Source: Euryarchaeota archaeon UBA602 | Lineage (GTDB): Archaea; Thermoplasmatota; Poseidoniia; Poseidoniales; Thalassarchaeaceae | Reading direction: 5' to 3' | Assembly (NCBI GenBank): GCA_002498455.1 | Contig: DAHO01000087.1 | Coordinates: 1-57,945, forward strand | Length of the DNA stretch: 57,945 bases | In this document: positions 29,545-40,419 of the stretch, one piece after another | Layout of the letters: each line of letters opens with the position of its first letter | How positions within the stretch are numbered: the stretch's first letter is position 1 | The notes under the pieces: model-generated | Told to the model about the DNA's origin: nothing | What the model saw: the letters and a program-made list of their open reading frames with translations, nothing else | Databases searched by the model: none | Made by a program: the position numbers and the translations under genes

Positions 29545-30675
29545 CTATGGTGCTGCTGACTGTTGTTCATCACGATGTTTTGCCCGTTGCCTAGCACGGA
29601 GATATTTGAGTGGATGATCCATCCATTCTCGATTGCATAAATCTGATTTGACATCCCCTCGAGAAACTGGACAGCAGGCATTGATTTGCAACTTGGGACA
29701 ACCAGCTGGAGTGTACTCATTTTCATAGACGTGAGTGAGTTGATAGCGAGTGGTCTCCGCAGAATAATCAGGGGCATTGACAAAGAATGCTTGTGCTTCA
29801 TCAACTGTCAATCCAATCACCCGTGAAATACTCGCTAAGAATACACGACCAACGTGATTCACGTTGACGGATTGAGCGAGTTGTGTGGATATTTCTCTCA
29901 TGCAAGGGGGCCAATCTTCCTCATCTGCAGATGTGAATGAGACCTCTGTACTGGCTTGATGTTTCAACAAGCCAACGATTCGTCCCACCTCTTCGGCCAT
30001 GCGTCCGACAAAGGCCTCATCCATGAGTTCCATTCGCTTACGACAATCCTCGATGAGCCTTGTACGAATTCTCTCTTTCAATAAACGTGAGAGGCGCTGC
30101 TGACTATTCTCTCCTGAAGCGGGAGACAATATCACCCAACCTTGCCGGACCGGACGATTTGGAAGGCGCCAATAGGCTCCGCTAATCTTTGGGCAAATTT
30201 CAATGAAATCTGTCATCGGAACTTCCCAATACCCATTTTCACCAATACGGATGTCACTGAGATAGGTTTCCGCAAGACGTTGGAACGATGTTTCCGACTC
30301 AATGGTCCCCCACAACTGATCGGCACGGCTCGATTCACCTTCTGCCCATCGAGCCAGTAGCCTTTCATCGAAGGAGGCGCAGACAGTAACCATTGCATAC
30401 AGGAAGGAAAGGCATTCCACCATTTGCCCATAGGGCGTATGTATGTCTACGGTAGTGGTAGTGTCAATGCCCTCCTTACTGACAACGGATTCTACCAAAC
30501 GCACACGTGCACGAACTCGCACGGCCTCGAGCCATTCAGTATCGACAAGTGATTCCAAATCGACACTGTTGGCTTCCATGTGTACCTTCATTGCGGCGCT
30601 GGCCTGAGGTAGAAACGGGTACCGTGCAGTCACAACCGCATCTTCGATGGGTTTGGGTTGCAACGGCATCGGCAT
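29545..30675 (-). CDS. priL: DNA primase large subunit
   Basis: RYPFLP, WPPCM, NHVGRVFLAS, APDYSAETTRYQLTH and YTPAGC...CCP...C...HPLKY (Fe-S domain). Start is 30675 or 30669. Confidence 0.92.
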   Translation of the reverse strand: MPMPLQPKPIEDAVVTARYPFLPQASAAMKVHMEANSVDLESLVDTEWLEAVRVRARVRLVESVVSKEGIDTTTTVDIHTPYGQMVECLSFLYAMVTVCASFDERLLARWAEGESSRADQLWGTIESETSFQRLAETYLSDIRIGENGYWEVPMTDFIEICPKISGAYWRLPNRPVRQGWVILSPASGENSQQRLSRLLKERIRTRLIEDCRKRMELMDEAFVGRMAEEVGRIVGLLKHQASTEVSFTSADEEDWPPCMREISTQLAQSVNVNHVGRVFLASISRVIGLTVDEAQAFFVNAPDYSAETTRYQLTHVYENEYTPAGCPKLQINACCPVSRGDVKSDLCNREWMDHPLKYLRARQRAKHRDEQQSAAP

Positions 30676-30703
30676 GGAGTGTCCATCCTGTAAACGAGGG
30701 TTC

Positions 30704-31462
30704 TTGAGGTTCTCTATTCCTCGCCGTGATGTGACGAGCGCATTGGACTCTAGATTGGTCCAAATTCAGGATGACATCCGCAGTGACTTCGGATGGCGCT
30801 TGCAAGATGATTTGGATTCGGCGAAGGATTTACTGTGGTATTGTGAATCGAAGTCAAAATTGGTTCCTTCCTGGTCACAGAATGGACGAAGACAAACCAC
30901 CTTTGAATTGCAAAATACACTGAATTTCAGTCCTTTGACCATCCTAGGAGCTGCAGCTGAACCTGAAGATATCAATGATGCAATCGTTGAGGGGCACCGC
31001 CTGATCGCTGCGGATGGAGCCGTGGGTGTGCTCAATGAATCGGAATATCCAGGTATCGCTTGGGACTCTCTATTGTGTATTGTCAGTGATGGCGATGGGG
31101 AAATGGCTGATCTGATGAAGGCGGCACAAAAGGGGATCCCATTTGTCTTGCATGCTCATGGAGACAATGTCAAGCAATGGATTGAATTGCTTGAGGTTTT
31201 GATTTTACACAATACGCCTCTTATCCTAACCCACCAAACACCTGAGAAATTGCAAGAGATGCATAACCCTGGTGGGTTTACCGATGGGGACCGCGCTGTA
31301 TGTTTTGTATTATCTCAAAATGTGGCGATTGAACAGATTCACCTCAGAGGCTTTCGAACCGATTCGATCGGACGTTGGACAGGACGGACGAATCCTGAAC
31401 GAAAGATGCGTAAATTAGAGTGGATGAGGCGCGTCCTCGATATTGCTGGGGTGAAAATGTGA
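30704..31462 (+). CDS. mptE: 6-hydroxymethyl-7,8-dihydropterin pyrophosphokinase (MptE-like)
   Basis: IAADGA, IVSDGDG, HAHGDN, NPGGFTDGDRA and KMRKLEW. Start uncertain (TTG 30704 or ATG 30674). Confidence 0.8.
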   Translation: MRFSIPRRDVTSALDSRLVQIQDDIRSDFGWRLQDDLDSAKDLLWYCESKSKLVPSWSQNGRRQTTFELQNTLNFSPLTILGAAAEPEDINDAIVEGHRLIAADGAVGVLNESEYPGIAWDSLLCIVSDGDGEMADLMKAAQKGIPFVLHAHGDNVKQWIELLEVLILHNTPLILTHQTPEKLQEMHNPGGFTDGDRAVCFVLSQNVAIEQIHLRGFRTDSIGRWTGRTNPERKMRKLEWMRRVLDIAGVKM

Positions 31463-32424
31463 ATCTGGTCCATGAAGCGATGGCCCGAGAAGCATCCCCA
31501 GATGGCAAGAAACCACGGAAAGAATCCAAGAAAAATATGCGGACAAGATTCATTGCAACATTGCTCACCTGGATTTTGTTGAATCTAATCTGGATGCACT
31601 ACTCTCATGCAGTCGCGGTGAATGAAGTCAGCAAACATGACCGAGAAGTCAATGGAAAATACGTCCTAGATGTTCCAAATATGTTTGGACTTGAACGTGA
31701 TACTGCAGTTGATTTGAACTGTGATTTCAAACCGAAAAATGCCACGGCACCAATTGTCACTGTTCGCATACATCATGAGATGAATGAAGGTGAACTATTA
31801 CTGATTTGGGAAGGAAATTCGACCGATGATTGCAGTGTCAAACAGTTGATTTTACCCCCTGGCGAACACACATTTTACACCACCGTCATTATCGATGGAG
31901 AGGTCGAAGTTTATCCCTCAAAATACATCAGTGCTGAGATGAGTTTAGGCATGCACCTATGGGAACCATTCCGAACGGAAGGGTTCGTGGTTGCAAATCT
32001 ACTCGGTTTATTCCTCGGTATTGCCGATCGCACAATCCGAGAAATTATGCGTAGGCGAAACGAATCTCGTGTGCGCAACATGCCTCTTCACAAACGGCGG
32101 CAAAAGGAAGAGTGGGAGCAACTTGCACATTCCATGTCAGGTGGAAATCCTGTTGATGTCGATGATTTGGTTGGATTTGAGTTGCAACCGCAAAGCGAGA
32201 GTGCAGAAATGCAACGCAAACGTATGCGAGAAAATTTTGCTGCCCAGGCTGCGGAAGCCGATGGAGATACTGAAGCATTTGTCGATAAAGAGTCTGTTGA
32301 ACAAGACGATGAATTGGGCAAGGGTACCACTGAAGGTTTGACTGGAAAGGTTGAGCACGATGAGAATATACGTACAGTTAGCGATTTGTGGCGACAATTG
32401 AGTGGAGAAGATTCCGACAATTGA
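31459..32424 (+). CDS. Hypothetical two-TM membrane protein with acidic C-terminal tail
   Basis: Long ORF coupled to the mptE stop, with two hydrophobic segments flanking a beta-rich region. Confidence 0.7.
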   Translation: MNLVHEAMAREASPDGKKPRKESKKNMRTRFIATLLTWILLNLIWMHYSHAVAVNEVSKHDREVNGKYVLDVPNMFGLERDTAVDLNCDFKPKNATAPIVTVRIHHEMNEGELLLIWEGNSTDDCSVKQLILPPGEHTFYTTVIIDGEVEVYPSKYISAEMSLGMHLWEPFRTEGFVVANLLGLFLGIADRTIREIMRRRNESRVRNMPLHKRRQKEEWEQLAHSMSGGNPVDVDDLVGFELQPQSESAEMQRKRMRENFAAQAAEADGDTEAFVDKESVEQDDELGKGTTEGLTGKVEHDENIRTVSDLWRQLSGEDSDN

Positions 32425-32431
32425 TGAGCAA

Positions 32432-35400
32432 TTACCCGCTCACGAAATCATCGAGTGTGAACACTTTGACCCGATCATTTTTGAACAACGAATCGGTACT
32501 GTTTACCAAACCGTCGACACGTTGACGTGTATACATGTCAACGCCATAATGGTCGATTACATGCTGCATTACACGGATGTATTTTCGTACAGCACCTTCG
32601 CTGACAGTGAGTGCTAAATTTCCACCACATGTTTGCTCTTCCTTGGTGAAATGTGATGCACTCCGGAAATCTTGCTTCTTGATTTTGATACAATATCCAG
32701 ACAGTGGATATCTACGATATGATTCGCCGCATCGGACGCATCGGAATTTCTGACGGGTAAACGCCACCAAGTTGCCCCGTAAATCCGGCAAGAAGTGAGA
32801 TTCGACCACTTGACTGGCGACATTGCGAACGTCTACACCCCTCAAGCGTTGACCGAGTAGTAATTGGGCATTCATTTTGTCAATCATGGTTTCGAGTGTT
32901 TTGTAGGACGAGTTTAGAGGTCCAGAATCTATCGAATTTGCATCGTGAGTAAACCCGTATCCTCGGACTGCGCCGATCGTACCGATTCGTCGTTCGACAA
33001 TATCCATCTGATTGGCAATTTCATAGGGTTGTGGCTGATCTTGAGTTGCTTCAAAGAACGACCGATGATACCACCATGCGGTATCCACGTTCAGCGCTTC
33101 TTTGTCCAACTCCTCTGGATTCAGCCTTGTCGAAAGGGTCAGAGGGGCATCCATCCGCCCACCTCGATTGCTCGGTAATAACACTCGACTGAAATTTAGG
33201 AGACAATCCAACAACAGAATCAGAGCATCTTCGTCTCCATCGCAGTTACGTCGTTTCGCTGCATGATACAAGGTGTGACCATACCCTGCGCTGGCATTGG
33301 ACCAGCCGATGATTCGAGTCAACACTCCACCCGATGTGTGAGGTGCGAGACCCACACACAAGTGGCCAACCAAATCATCAGCGCTCTTTGCTTCATAGAA
33401 GGGTTCCATATCGTAGAATCGGACAAGAAGTTCGTCGATGAAAGCACTCGCGCGAAGGAGATAGTCCTCCGCCTTTCGGCTGGGGATGAAATCTTGAGGA
33501 TACAACTCAACAATTTGTTCGGGTCGAGTATGAGGTTGTCCATCGATATCATGTGTATATCCAAGTTCAACCAATCGCTCGACTGATGTACCGATATCCT
33601 TGGCTCTGAAATGAGTGACTGGTACATCGATCATATCGTATCGAACGGTACCGGCTTTGAAACAAGGAAGAGCATGTTTTGCACGCAAAATACCCTTTTC
33701 CAAGGGTTCAGGGTACCGCTCGGTTGAGGTCAAACCCTTGACGCCCTTGAATTTCTTTGGAATTCGATCCAATCCCAATTTGATTCGCTTGGTTTCCAAC
33801 AATTCTGGAATATTCACTGTCTGATTGATACCCTTTCGCCGACCCTGATTTTGTTGATTGTCAACGACGGGCTTGGTCTTGCCACCACACTCGGTGGGGT
33901 CATTGGGTATACTTCGATGATGACAAATTGTGTATGGTGTCCTCTGACCACATTTGATACACTCTCTGGTACCCATAGTCACCATAATACTGCCCTTGTT
34001 TGCAGCTTGTGTAATCAATCGCTGTGGGCCACCTTCGTTTCCGATCGGGAATATACTGTGTGGCTTCCCTTTCATCTCCCGAGGAGCGGCCTTTTCAGGA
34101 CGACCCATTCGACAGCCAACGCGGCAGGGTGCGGCAGATACCCATCGTAAATCGCTACATTTCTTGACCAACCATAGTGCACCATCAACGGCATGTTCAT
34201 CCATCAACTGTTCCGCTGCAAGGAGTGCGTCCTTGTCTTGGGGACCATCATCTGGAATCGTAGCGGCGGCATCTCGTCCTGCCTGTTCAGTTTCAGCAAT
34301 GCTCTTTCCCTGCTGCCTCGCAGCGGTTTCCGCAGCAATTCGTGGAATGGAACGACGTTGTTCTAAATCATCAACTCGAAGAGTTTCTTCCTGAATGATT
34401 TTTATTGATTTGACCAATCGATTTAGGCGGTCATCAATGTGTGCTTTAGCATCGATTCTAACGCTCGGATTCGCCCCAACTTTGGATGCAATTTGCAATC
34501 CCAATCCCTCCAAAAGTGGCTGCCAGCCATGCATGATGAGTAAGTCAGGGCCATCATGAACATGGGGGATGCCGAGAACCATTAACGCAGATTTGATAAT
34601 GCCGTGTTCTTGATGGTGGGTGCCACTGGACCAATTCCCCAGAACGGAATCAGGTATCGATTGGTGAGGACCTGGCATCTGTTTGGGTAGATTTTGTTGA
34701 TTGGTAGTTTGGGTAGAATGGGTGCTCCCATTGCTTGGAAGTTCGGCAGGAGTATGGTCGATGGCGATCCAATTTTCGACCGCTTTCGGTAAACGGAACC
34801 AGATGCGATCTGGATGGGGGTACATCTGAATCCCATCTTCGAGATGGGTCGCATTCTCAGTTTTTCCAAGGAGTAGTGAGTCGATGAGGTAGGGAATGAA
34901 TTCCAATGGCAAATCGTTCCACCAAAGATTCCACGGGGGTGGGATTGCTGTCAAAAAATGTTGAGAAATTTCGACTACAGATTCCCAATCAAGTATCATT
35001 CTTGATAGGGTTCGATGCCACAAACGTTGGCATCGATGGTGTTCCAGTGAGTCATCCGAAACACCAACCTGTCCCGTCGCAGGTATTCCAGGTGGTAATC
35101 GGCGACGACTTACCCCCAAGATTTGCGCGAAACGATCTACCTTCGATTCGGAGTCAAGTGATTCCAATAAATCACTTGCAAACCAATCGGAGACATAGCC
35201 AGAAGGAACCAATGGTTTGTTGTTTTCAGCGAACTCTCCATAACCAATCATCAATTCTCCATTATCCCAAATCGACTGCAATTGACCTTCAACACGGTGC
35301 CACATTTCGGCGGATTGTATCCGCCCATATCGACCACTCTTGAGAAGAATTGTCGGACCATCTAATTCGTCACATGGAACGACTGCGCAGGCTTTCCCTG

Positions 35401-36574
35401 GTCGCTCAATCTTCATTTGTGTGCCAACAGCGAGGAAGTCCCCCATGGCGTGCATCGATGCAGGATGTACTCCTGCTGCGGCCAAACCAGATGTGCGAGG
35501 GCGGCCGTATCTCAGCCGGAACCCACCCGCAGTATTTGGTTCACCAAAGACTGGGCGGCCTGCAATGATGTCACGCATGAAGCGGTCATCTGTCTTGAGT
35601 TTCCGTTTCTTAAGGCCTTCAGAATCATCGGCTTTCTTCTGTCGAGAGGCGAAGGTTGAGATGAAATCCCAACCCGGAACTTTCAGTCTCTCGGTATGTT
35701 TCTGAATCTTTGATGCTTTCAGACAAAGGCCTTCACCGATCACCAGCATCACACCACCACGAATTCGTTTCCGAGGGGTATTGTTCGGCTCGACGATATT
35801 GCGAACTTCTGGGAAACCTGCACATTCGATATCCTCAGTTTCCTCACCATTCACCATGATTGGACAGGCTTTGACAATCATCTCGATTTCTTCTGGTGGA
35901 GGTTTGTATTGCAATCCACCACGATACAGGCCGAACTCTTCCTTGACTCGCTCCACTTCTGGGATGGATGGTTCGTATTTCTCCAAATTAAGCGCCCGTC
36001 GAATCATGTCAGCAATCAATACAGCGAGGGCTTGAGCAGTACCACCTGCCGCACGAATCGGGCCGCAAAAATCGATCGAGACAAAGCGGGTCCCATCCAA
36101 ATTATTCATGACTCGAACTTGACCAATGCCTTCCAGTGGTGCGACTAGAACTGCTTCAGTCAGTACCGCTAGACCCACTCGTAATCCGGTGTCTATGCTT
36201 TTTTGTACATCACCGGTGCGGTCATGCATCTGAATCGCGACTTTCACCGCCATATCGATAGCTGCATCTTCTCTGGAATCTTTTTCTTTCAGAAGAGTAC
36301 GGATATCTTCAGCAATCGGAATCGGGTCTTCAAAACCATATTCTGGTGCGATGAGGTAGTCAAGGAGCAACTTTTCTGCGCGATCCGCAAGGTCGATTGC
36401 TCGAGGGATTTCGACTGTTTCACTCAGATCAAATCCCTTGCTCCGGGCTTCATTCGCGAGTTTGTATAACGACTCACATTGATCATCAAGTTTGGATTGA
36501 TACGCATCAATCTCCTGTTGCAAGCGTTCACTATCCAATGGAGAAATCGGGCGACCCACACTCCCCCCTGACAT
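32432..36574 (-). CDS. polC: DNA polymerase D large subunit DP2
   Basis: GLAVLTEAVLVAPLEGI, GPIRAAGGTAQAL, GGFRLRYGR, RMGRPEKA, catalytic KRRNCDGDED (no intein), GGRMDAPL and C-terminal zinc finger. Confidence 0.97.
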   Translation of the reverse strand: MSGGSVGRPISPLDSERLQQEIDAYQSKLDDQCESLYKLANEARSKGFDLSETVEIPRAIDLADRAEKLLLDYLIAPEYGFEDPIPIAEDIRTLLKEKDSREDAAIDMAVKVAIQMHDRTGDVQKSIDTGLRVGLAVLTEAVLVAPLEGIGQVRVMNNLDGTRFVSIDFCGPIRAAGGTAQALAVLIADMIRRALNLEKYEPSIPEVERVKEEFGLYRGGLQYKPPPEEIEMIVKACPIMVNGEETEDIECAGFPEVRNIVEPNNTPRKRIRGGVMLVIGEGLCLKASKIQKHTERLKVPGWDFISTFASRQKKADDSEGLKKRKLKTDDRFMRDIIAGRPVFGEPNTAGGFRLRYGRPRTSGLAAAGVHPASMHAMGDFLAVGTQMKIERPGKACAVVPCDELDGPTILLKSGRYGRIQSAEMWHRVEGQLQSIWDNGELMIGYGEFAENNKPLVPSGYVSDWFASDLLESLDSESKVDRFAQILGVSRRRLPPGIPATGQVGVSDDSLEHHRCQRLWHRTLSRMILDWESVVEISQHFLTAIPPPWNLWWNDLPLEFIPYLIDSLLLGKTENATHLEDGIQMYPHPDRIWFRLPKAVENWIAIDHTPAELPSNGSTHSTQTTNQQNLPKQMPGPHQSIPDSVLGNWSSGTHHQEHGIIKSALMVLGIPHVHDGPDLLIMHGWQPLLEGLGLQIASKVGANPSVRIDAKAHIDDRLNRLVKSIKIIQEETLRVDDLEQRRSIPRIAAETAARQQGKSIAETEQAGRDAAATIPDDGPQDKDALLAAEQLMDEHAVDGALWLVKKCSDLRWVSAAPCRVGCRMGRPEKAAPREMKGKPHSIFPIGNEGGPQRLITQAANKGSIMVTMGTRECIKCGQRTPYTICHHRSIPNDPTECGGKTKPVVDNQQNQGRRKGINQTVNIPELLETKRIKLGLDRIPKKFKGVKGLTSTERYPEPLEKGILRAKHALPCFKAGTVRYDMIDVPVTHFRAKDIGTSVERLVELGYTHDIDGQPHTRPEQIVELYPQDFIPSRKAEDYLLRASAFIDELLVRFYDMEPFYEAKSADDLVGHLCVGLAPHTSGGVLTRIIGWSNASAGYGHTLYHAAKRRNCDGDEDALILLLDCLLNFSRVLLPSNRGGRMDAPLTLSTRLNPEELDKEALNVDTAWWYHRSFFEATQDQPQPYEIANQMDIVERRIGTIGAVRGYGFTHDANSIDSGPLNSSYKTLETMIDKMNAQLLLGQRLRGVDVRNVASQVVESHFLPDLRGNLVAFTRQKFRCVRCGESYRRYPLSGYCIKIKKQDFRSASHFTKEEQTCGGNLALTVSEGAVRKYIRVMQHVIDHYGVDMYTRQRVDGLVNSTDSLFKNDRVKVFTLDDFVSG

Positions 36575-36716
36575 CTCAACCCTCCGTGCGAACATGGCAC
36601 GAGGGTTCTCGGGCGCCCAAAAGCATTCGCAATGGGCTATGCACTTCCGTAGGAAGTGTGACGTAACTCAGCGAAGGTTCATGGAAGGTCGACAAAAACG
36701 CATAGCGGGCGGAAGC

Positions 36717-37304
36717 ATGGCAGAGACTACTGAAAGTGGCGAAGCACGACTCAGATTGATTGAGAAAGTCCGTAATCTGGCCTACCTTTGTGCCGAGAAT
36801 GAGGAATTCACGTTGGCTTCCGGTCGCACCAGCCGACATTTTTTCGATACAAAGCCAGTCATGTGCGATCCCGAATCGGCGCATTTACTCGGGGTGCTCA
36901 TTCATGATCAGATTGGGAAAATCGAAGGGGGGGTGGATGTTGTTGGTGGTCTAGAGTTGGGCGCGGTTCCACTGACTGGAATTGCCATTGCAAAAGCAGG
37001 CGTCGGTAGCAAACTTCGCGGATTCATCATGCGCAAAGAGCCAAAGGGTAGAGGTGGTCGAAAAACAGGAAATCCCCCGGGTATTGAGGGTAGCACGATT
37101 CAATCCGGGGATCGGGTCTTGATTTTGGAAGATGTAACTACAACTGGAGGTTCCGCATTGAAGGCGGTTGAGAGATTGCAGGAACTCGGATGTAATGTTG
37201 TAGCCTGTATTAGCATCGTAGATCGTGAAGAAGGGGGGCAGGCTGCCTTCGAAGCCGCCGGAATCCCCCTCTATGCCCTAACCACGCTTTCAGACTACAT
37301 CTGA
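36717..37304 (+). CDS. pyrE: Orotate phosphoribosyltransferase
   Basis: FTLASGRTSRHFFD, GLELGAVP, RKEPK, PRPP motif ILEDVTTTGGS and VDREEGG. Confidence 0.95.
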   Translation: MAETTESGEARLRLIEKVRNLAYLCAENEEFTLASGRTSRHFFDTKPVMCDPESAHLLGVLIHDQIGKIEGGVDVVGGLELGAVPLTGIAIAKAGVGSKLRGFIMRKEPKGRGGRKTGNPPGIEGSTIQSGDRVLILEDVTTTGGSALKAVERLQELGCNVVACISIVDREEGGQAAFEAAGIPLYALTTLSDYI

Positions 37305-37355
37305 GGATTCAAGCAAAGAACACGCCTTCAAATACTCAGAGGGCAACCATTTGAC

Positions 37356-37568
37356 ATGGTTAGTGCAGATACTGTGATTTACATTCTCAGTGGTTTGGTC
37401 GCTCTGCTCACCGTGATTTTGTTCTCCAGAAAAGTCCGAAAAAGTGGGAAAAAACAAGACGATCCGTGGCAAACATCTGCACCGAAACCCCAGAAAAACT
37501 ATCTTGCAAAAGAGCGAATCAAACAGCCACGGGTCGTCCCCCCTCCACATCTCTTTCGTCAGCCTTAG
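37356..37568 (+). CDS. Small single-TM protein
   Basis: N-terminal hydrophobic helix followed by a basic tail; fills the intergenic gap. Confidence 0.6.
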   Translation: MVSADTVIYILSGLVALLTVILFSRKVRKSGKKQDDPWQTSAPKPQKNYLAKERIKQPRVVPPPHLFRQP

Positions 37569-37576
37569 GTGAAGAC

Positions 37577-38170
37577 ATGCAACGAGTACATCTCGTATCC
37601 TTGCTGATTTTTTTGACCTGTTTATCGGGTTGCGTTTCAAAAGAAGTTGTGGAAGAAAATCAAGTCAACAGGCAATATTCGTTTACTGCTGAGACCTTGA
37701 ATTCAAACACAAGTATCGATGTTGAATTTGATCTCCAGGAGCGGGCTCAGTTGAATCCCATCATTCTGTTTTGGGTCTCAACCGGATGCTATGGTTGCCA
37801 TGACTGGGCTGACAAATTTCGCAGTGCCATCGAGAATGAATCCTTGAACGTCTCATCGATCGTCAGTGTTCATCGATATGCTGATTTTGAAAGTGAGGAA
37901 AAGTTGGATGATGTTTATGGGACCCACAACAATTCATCACACCCATCACCTTGGACTGTTGCGATACCCACCCAGAATACCCCCATTTTCGATTTCAATA
38001 CGGGTACTGTCGTTGACAATCTCTCAATCTATGAAGCGTTCAATGACCCGGTAACACCGACAATCCAAATTGTAAATCGAAACGGGGAAATTGTTTGGAC
38101 TTCCAAGGAATATTGGCCTTCAGATGATGCGATGAGCGAAGTCCTCCAAGCTTTGATTGATGCTTCGTAG
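37577..38170 (+). CDS. Lipoprotein with thioredoxin-like CxxC domain
   Basis: Lipobox [14 protein letters not shown] and [15 protein letters not shown]; AGGTGA RBS upstream. Confidence 0.7.
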   Translation: MQRVHLVSLLIFLTCLSGCVSKEVVEENQVNRQYSFTAETLNSNTSIDVEFDLQERAQLNPIILFWVSTGCYGCHDWADKFRSAIENESLNVSSIVSVHRYADFESEEKLDDVYGTHNNSSHPSPWTVAIPTQNTPIFDFNTGTVVDNLSIYEAFNDPVTPTIQIVNRNGEIVWTSKEYWPSDDAMSEVLQALIDAS

Positions 38171-38241
38171 TTGATGTTCGGCCCTGTAAATGTGAGTTGC
38201 CCATAAGCAGAGCCAATAACCTGATGCGTTCGCCACCACTC

Positions 38242-38751
38242 ATGACAGGAACGCAAGTACTGATGAAGACGAGTAAGGGTGATGTTACCATTGAGCTGTT
38301 TACGGACACGATGCCAATTACGGCTGGAAATTTTTTGAAATTGGTCGATGAAGGGTATTACAACGGTTTGCACTTTCATCGAGTCATTCAAGGGTTTATG
38401 CTCCAAGGAGGCTGTCCCCACAGCCGCGACCCCAATAGTCCCCGATGTGGAACTGGAGACCCCGGCTACAAAATCGCAGACGAGCACCTGCCTGATGCAA
38501 AGTTCTCCAATGAACCTGGGACACTGAGCATGGCGAATGCTGGCCCCAACAGCGGTGGATCACAATTCTTCATCAATACCGTTCACAATTCGTTCTTGGA
38601 TTGGTGGGACACTCGAACCAATTCCGCTCACCCCGTGTTTGGGCGCGTGTTGTCGGGGATGGAAGCTGTAAAGGCGATTGAAAATGCACCGACTGGATAT
38701 GGCGATCGGCCACGAGAACCAATGCAAATCATCTCAATTGAGCGTTGTTGA
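38242..38751 (+). CDS. Cyclophilin-type peptidyl-prolyl isomerase
   Basis: [30 protein letters not shown] and HPVFGRV. Confidence 0.95.
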   Translation: MTGTQVLMKTSKGDVTIELFTDTMPITAGNFLKLVDEGYYNGLHFHRVIQGFMLQGGCPHSRDPNSPRCGTGDPGYKIADEHLPDAKFSNEPGTLSMANAGPNSGGSQFFINTVHNSFLDWWDTRTNSAHPVFGRVLSGMEAVKAIENAPTGYGDRPREPMQIISIERC

Positions 38752-38784
38752 TATATTTATTAACAACTTACTGTTCGCTTAACT

Positions 38785-40383
38785 ATGGCGAAACACCGTG
38801 CAGGCGATCGGCGTATCATTAGCATCAGTATTCCTGAAAAATTGGCAGAGCGACTGGATCGACAAGTCGGGAAAGGGCGAAAGGCTGGGCGTAGTGCTTC
38901 TATCGCAAAAATGATTGAAGAATCTCTGAATTCAAATCAGCAATCTCCCCCGAAGACCTTGCCTGAACAGCGCTCCGCCGTGGCTGATATCGGTGAGGTT
39001 CGAATCGAAGAAGATACCATGGGGTCGTTGGAAGTCCCTGCCGATCGGTACTATGGTTGCCAAACTGCGCGTTCATTGATTAATTTCGATATTGGAGAAG
39101 ACCGGATGCCCCGAGGAGTAATCCGTGGATTTGGTGTCCTTAAGCAGGCTTGTGCAAAAACCAACAAAGAGCTCGGAACCCTCGACGCGAAGGTAGCTGA
39201 TTTGATTGTGCAAGCCTCGGAAGAAGTCATTAGTGGGGCTTTGGACAGTCATTTCCCTTTGCGTGTTTGGCAAACAGGCTCTGGAACACAATCAAACATG
39301 AACACGAATGAGGTTATTGCCAATCGTGCAATTGAATTGGCAGGAGGGGAATTAGGATCAAAAAATCCTGTTCATCCAAACGACCATGTCAACAAGGCAC
39401 AGTCGTCGAATGATACTTTTCCAACCGCCATGCATATCGCTGGAGCCGAGGCGATTTTTCACTCTCTACATCCCGCTGTACGGCATTTGCGTGATGCATT
39501 GTTGGACAAAGTCAACGAGTTCCAGGGAATTGTCAAAATTGGCCGTACGCACTTGATGGATGCTGTACCGCTGACTTTGAGTCAAGAGTTTGGTGGCTAT
39601 GTCTCGATGCTCAATGCTGACCTGCGGCGGCTTGATTTCGCGTTGGAAGATCTGTATGAGTTGGCCTTGGGCGGTACTGCGGTCGGTACCGGATTGAATA
39701 CACATCCAGATTTTGCAGAAATCGTCGCAAGCAACATTGCGGAAAAAACTGGTCTTCCATTTGTGACGGCTGAGAATAAATTCGCACAGCTCGCGGCTCA
39801 TGATGCCGTTGTCGCTGCAAGTGGTGCCCTCAACACCTTGGCTGCGAGTCTGATGAAGATTGCAAACGATGTTCGATGGTTGGGGTCAGGCCCCAGATGT
39901 GGATTGGGTGAATTGTCACTCCCTGCCAATGAGCCAGGATCCAGTATTATGCCTGGAAAAGTCAACCCAACTCAAGCCGAAGCCATGACAATGGTTTGTT
40001 GCCAAGTGATGGGGAACCATACTGCAATCACCATTGGAGGCAGCCAAGGAAACTTTGAGCTTAATGTATACAAGCCGATGATGATTCACAATCTGCTGCA
40101 CAGTTGCCGGATTCTATCTGATACTTGCCATGCATTTGCAGACAAGTGTGTTGTGGGTTTGAAGGCCAATGAAAGCGCAATACAGGCCCATTTGGAAAAT
40201 TCACTGATGCTTGTCACCGCATTGAACAACCACATTGGGTATGACAAAGCGGCAAAGATTGCAAAGAATGCCCACGAGAAGGGAATCACCTTGCGAGAAT
40301 CTGCTCTTTCCCTGAATTTATTGACAAATGAGCAATTTGATGAGTGGGTCAGACCCGAAGACATGACTGGACCTAAAGCATAG
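38785..40383 (+). CDS. fumC: Class II fumarate hydratase with N-terminal ribbon-helix-helix domain
   Basis: [37 protein letters not shown] and [11 protein letters not shown]. Extra N-terminal [17 protein letters not shown]...[13 protein letters not shown]. Confidence 0.95.
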   Translation: MAKHRAGDRRIISISIPEKLAERLDRQVGKGRKAGRSASIAKMIEESLNSNQQSPPKTLPEQRSAVADIGEVRIEEDTMGSLEVPADRYYGCQTARSLINFDIGEDRMPRGVIRGFGVLKQACAKTNKELGTLDAKVADLIVQASEEVISGALDSHFPLRVWQTGSGTQSNMNTNEVIANRAIELAGGELGSKNPVHPNDHVNKAQSSNDTFPTAMHIAGAEAIFHSLHPAVRHLRDALLDKVNEFQGIVKIGRTHLMDAVPLTLSQEFGGYVSMLNADLRRLDFALEDLYELALGGTAVGTGLNTHPDFAEIVASNIAEKTGLPFVTAENKFAQLAAHDAVVAASGALNTLAASLMKIANDVRWLGSGPRCGLGELSLPANEPGSSIMPGKVNPTQAEAMTMVCCQVMGNHTAITIGGSQGNFELNVYKPMMIHNLLHSCRILSDTCHAFADKCVVGLKANESAIQAHLENSLMLVTALNNHIGYDKAAKIAKNAHEKGITLRESALSLNLLTNEQFDEWVRPEDMTGPKA

Positions 40384-40419
40384 ACGGTGTTCGAAAAAGT
40401 GTCGGCAAAATGCAGTCGG

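Noticed and set aside
33225-33265. Intein at the usual DP2 insertion site
   Set aside because: KRRNCDGDED is contiguous, so there is no insertion.
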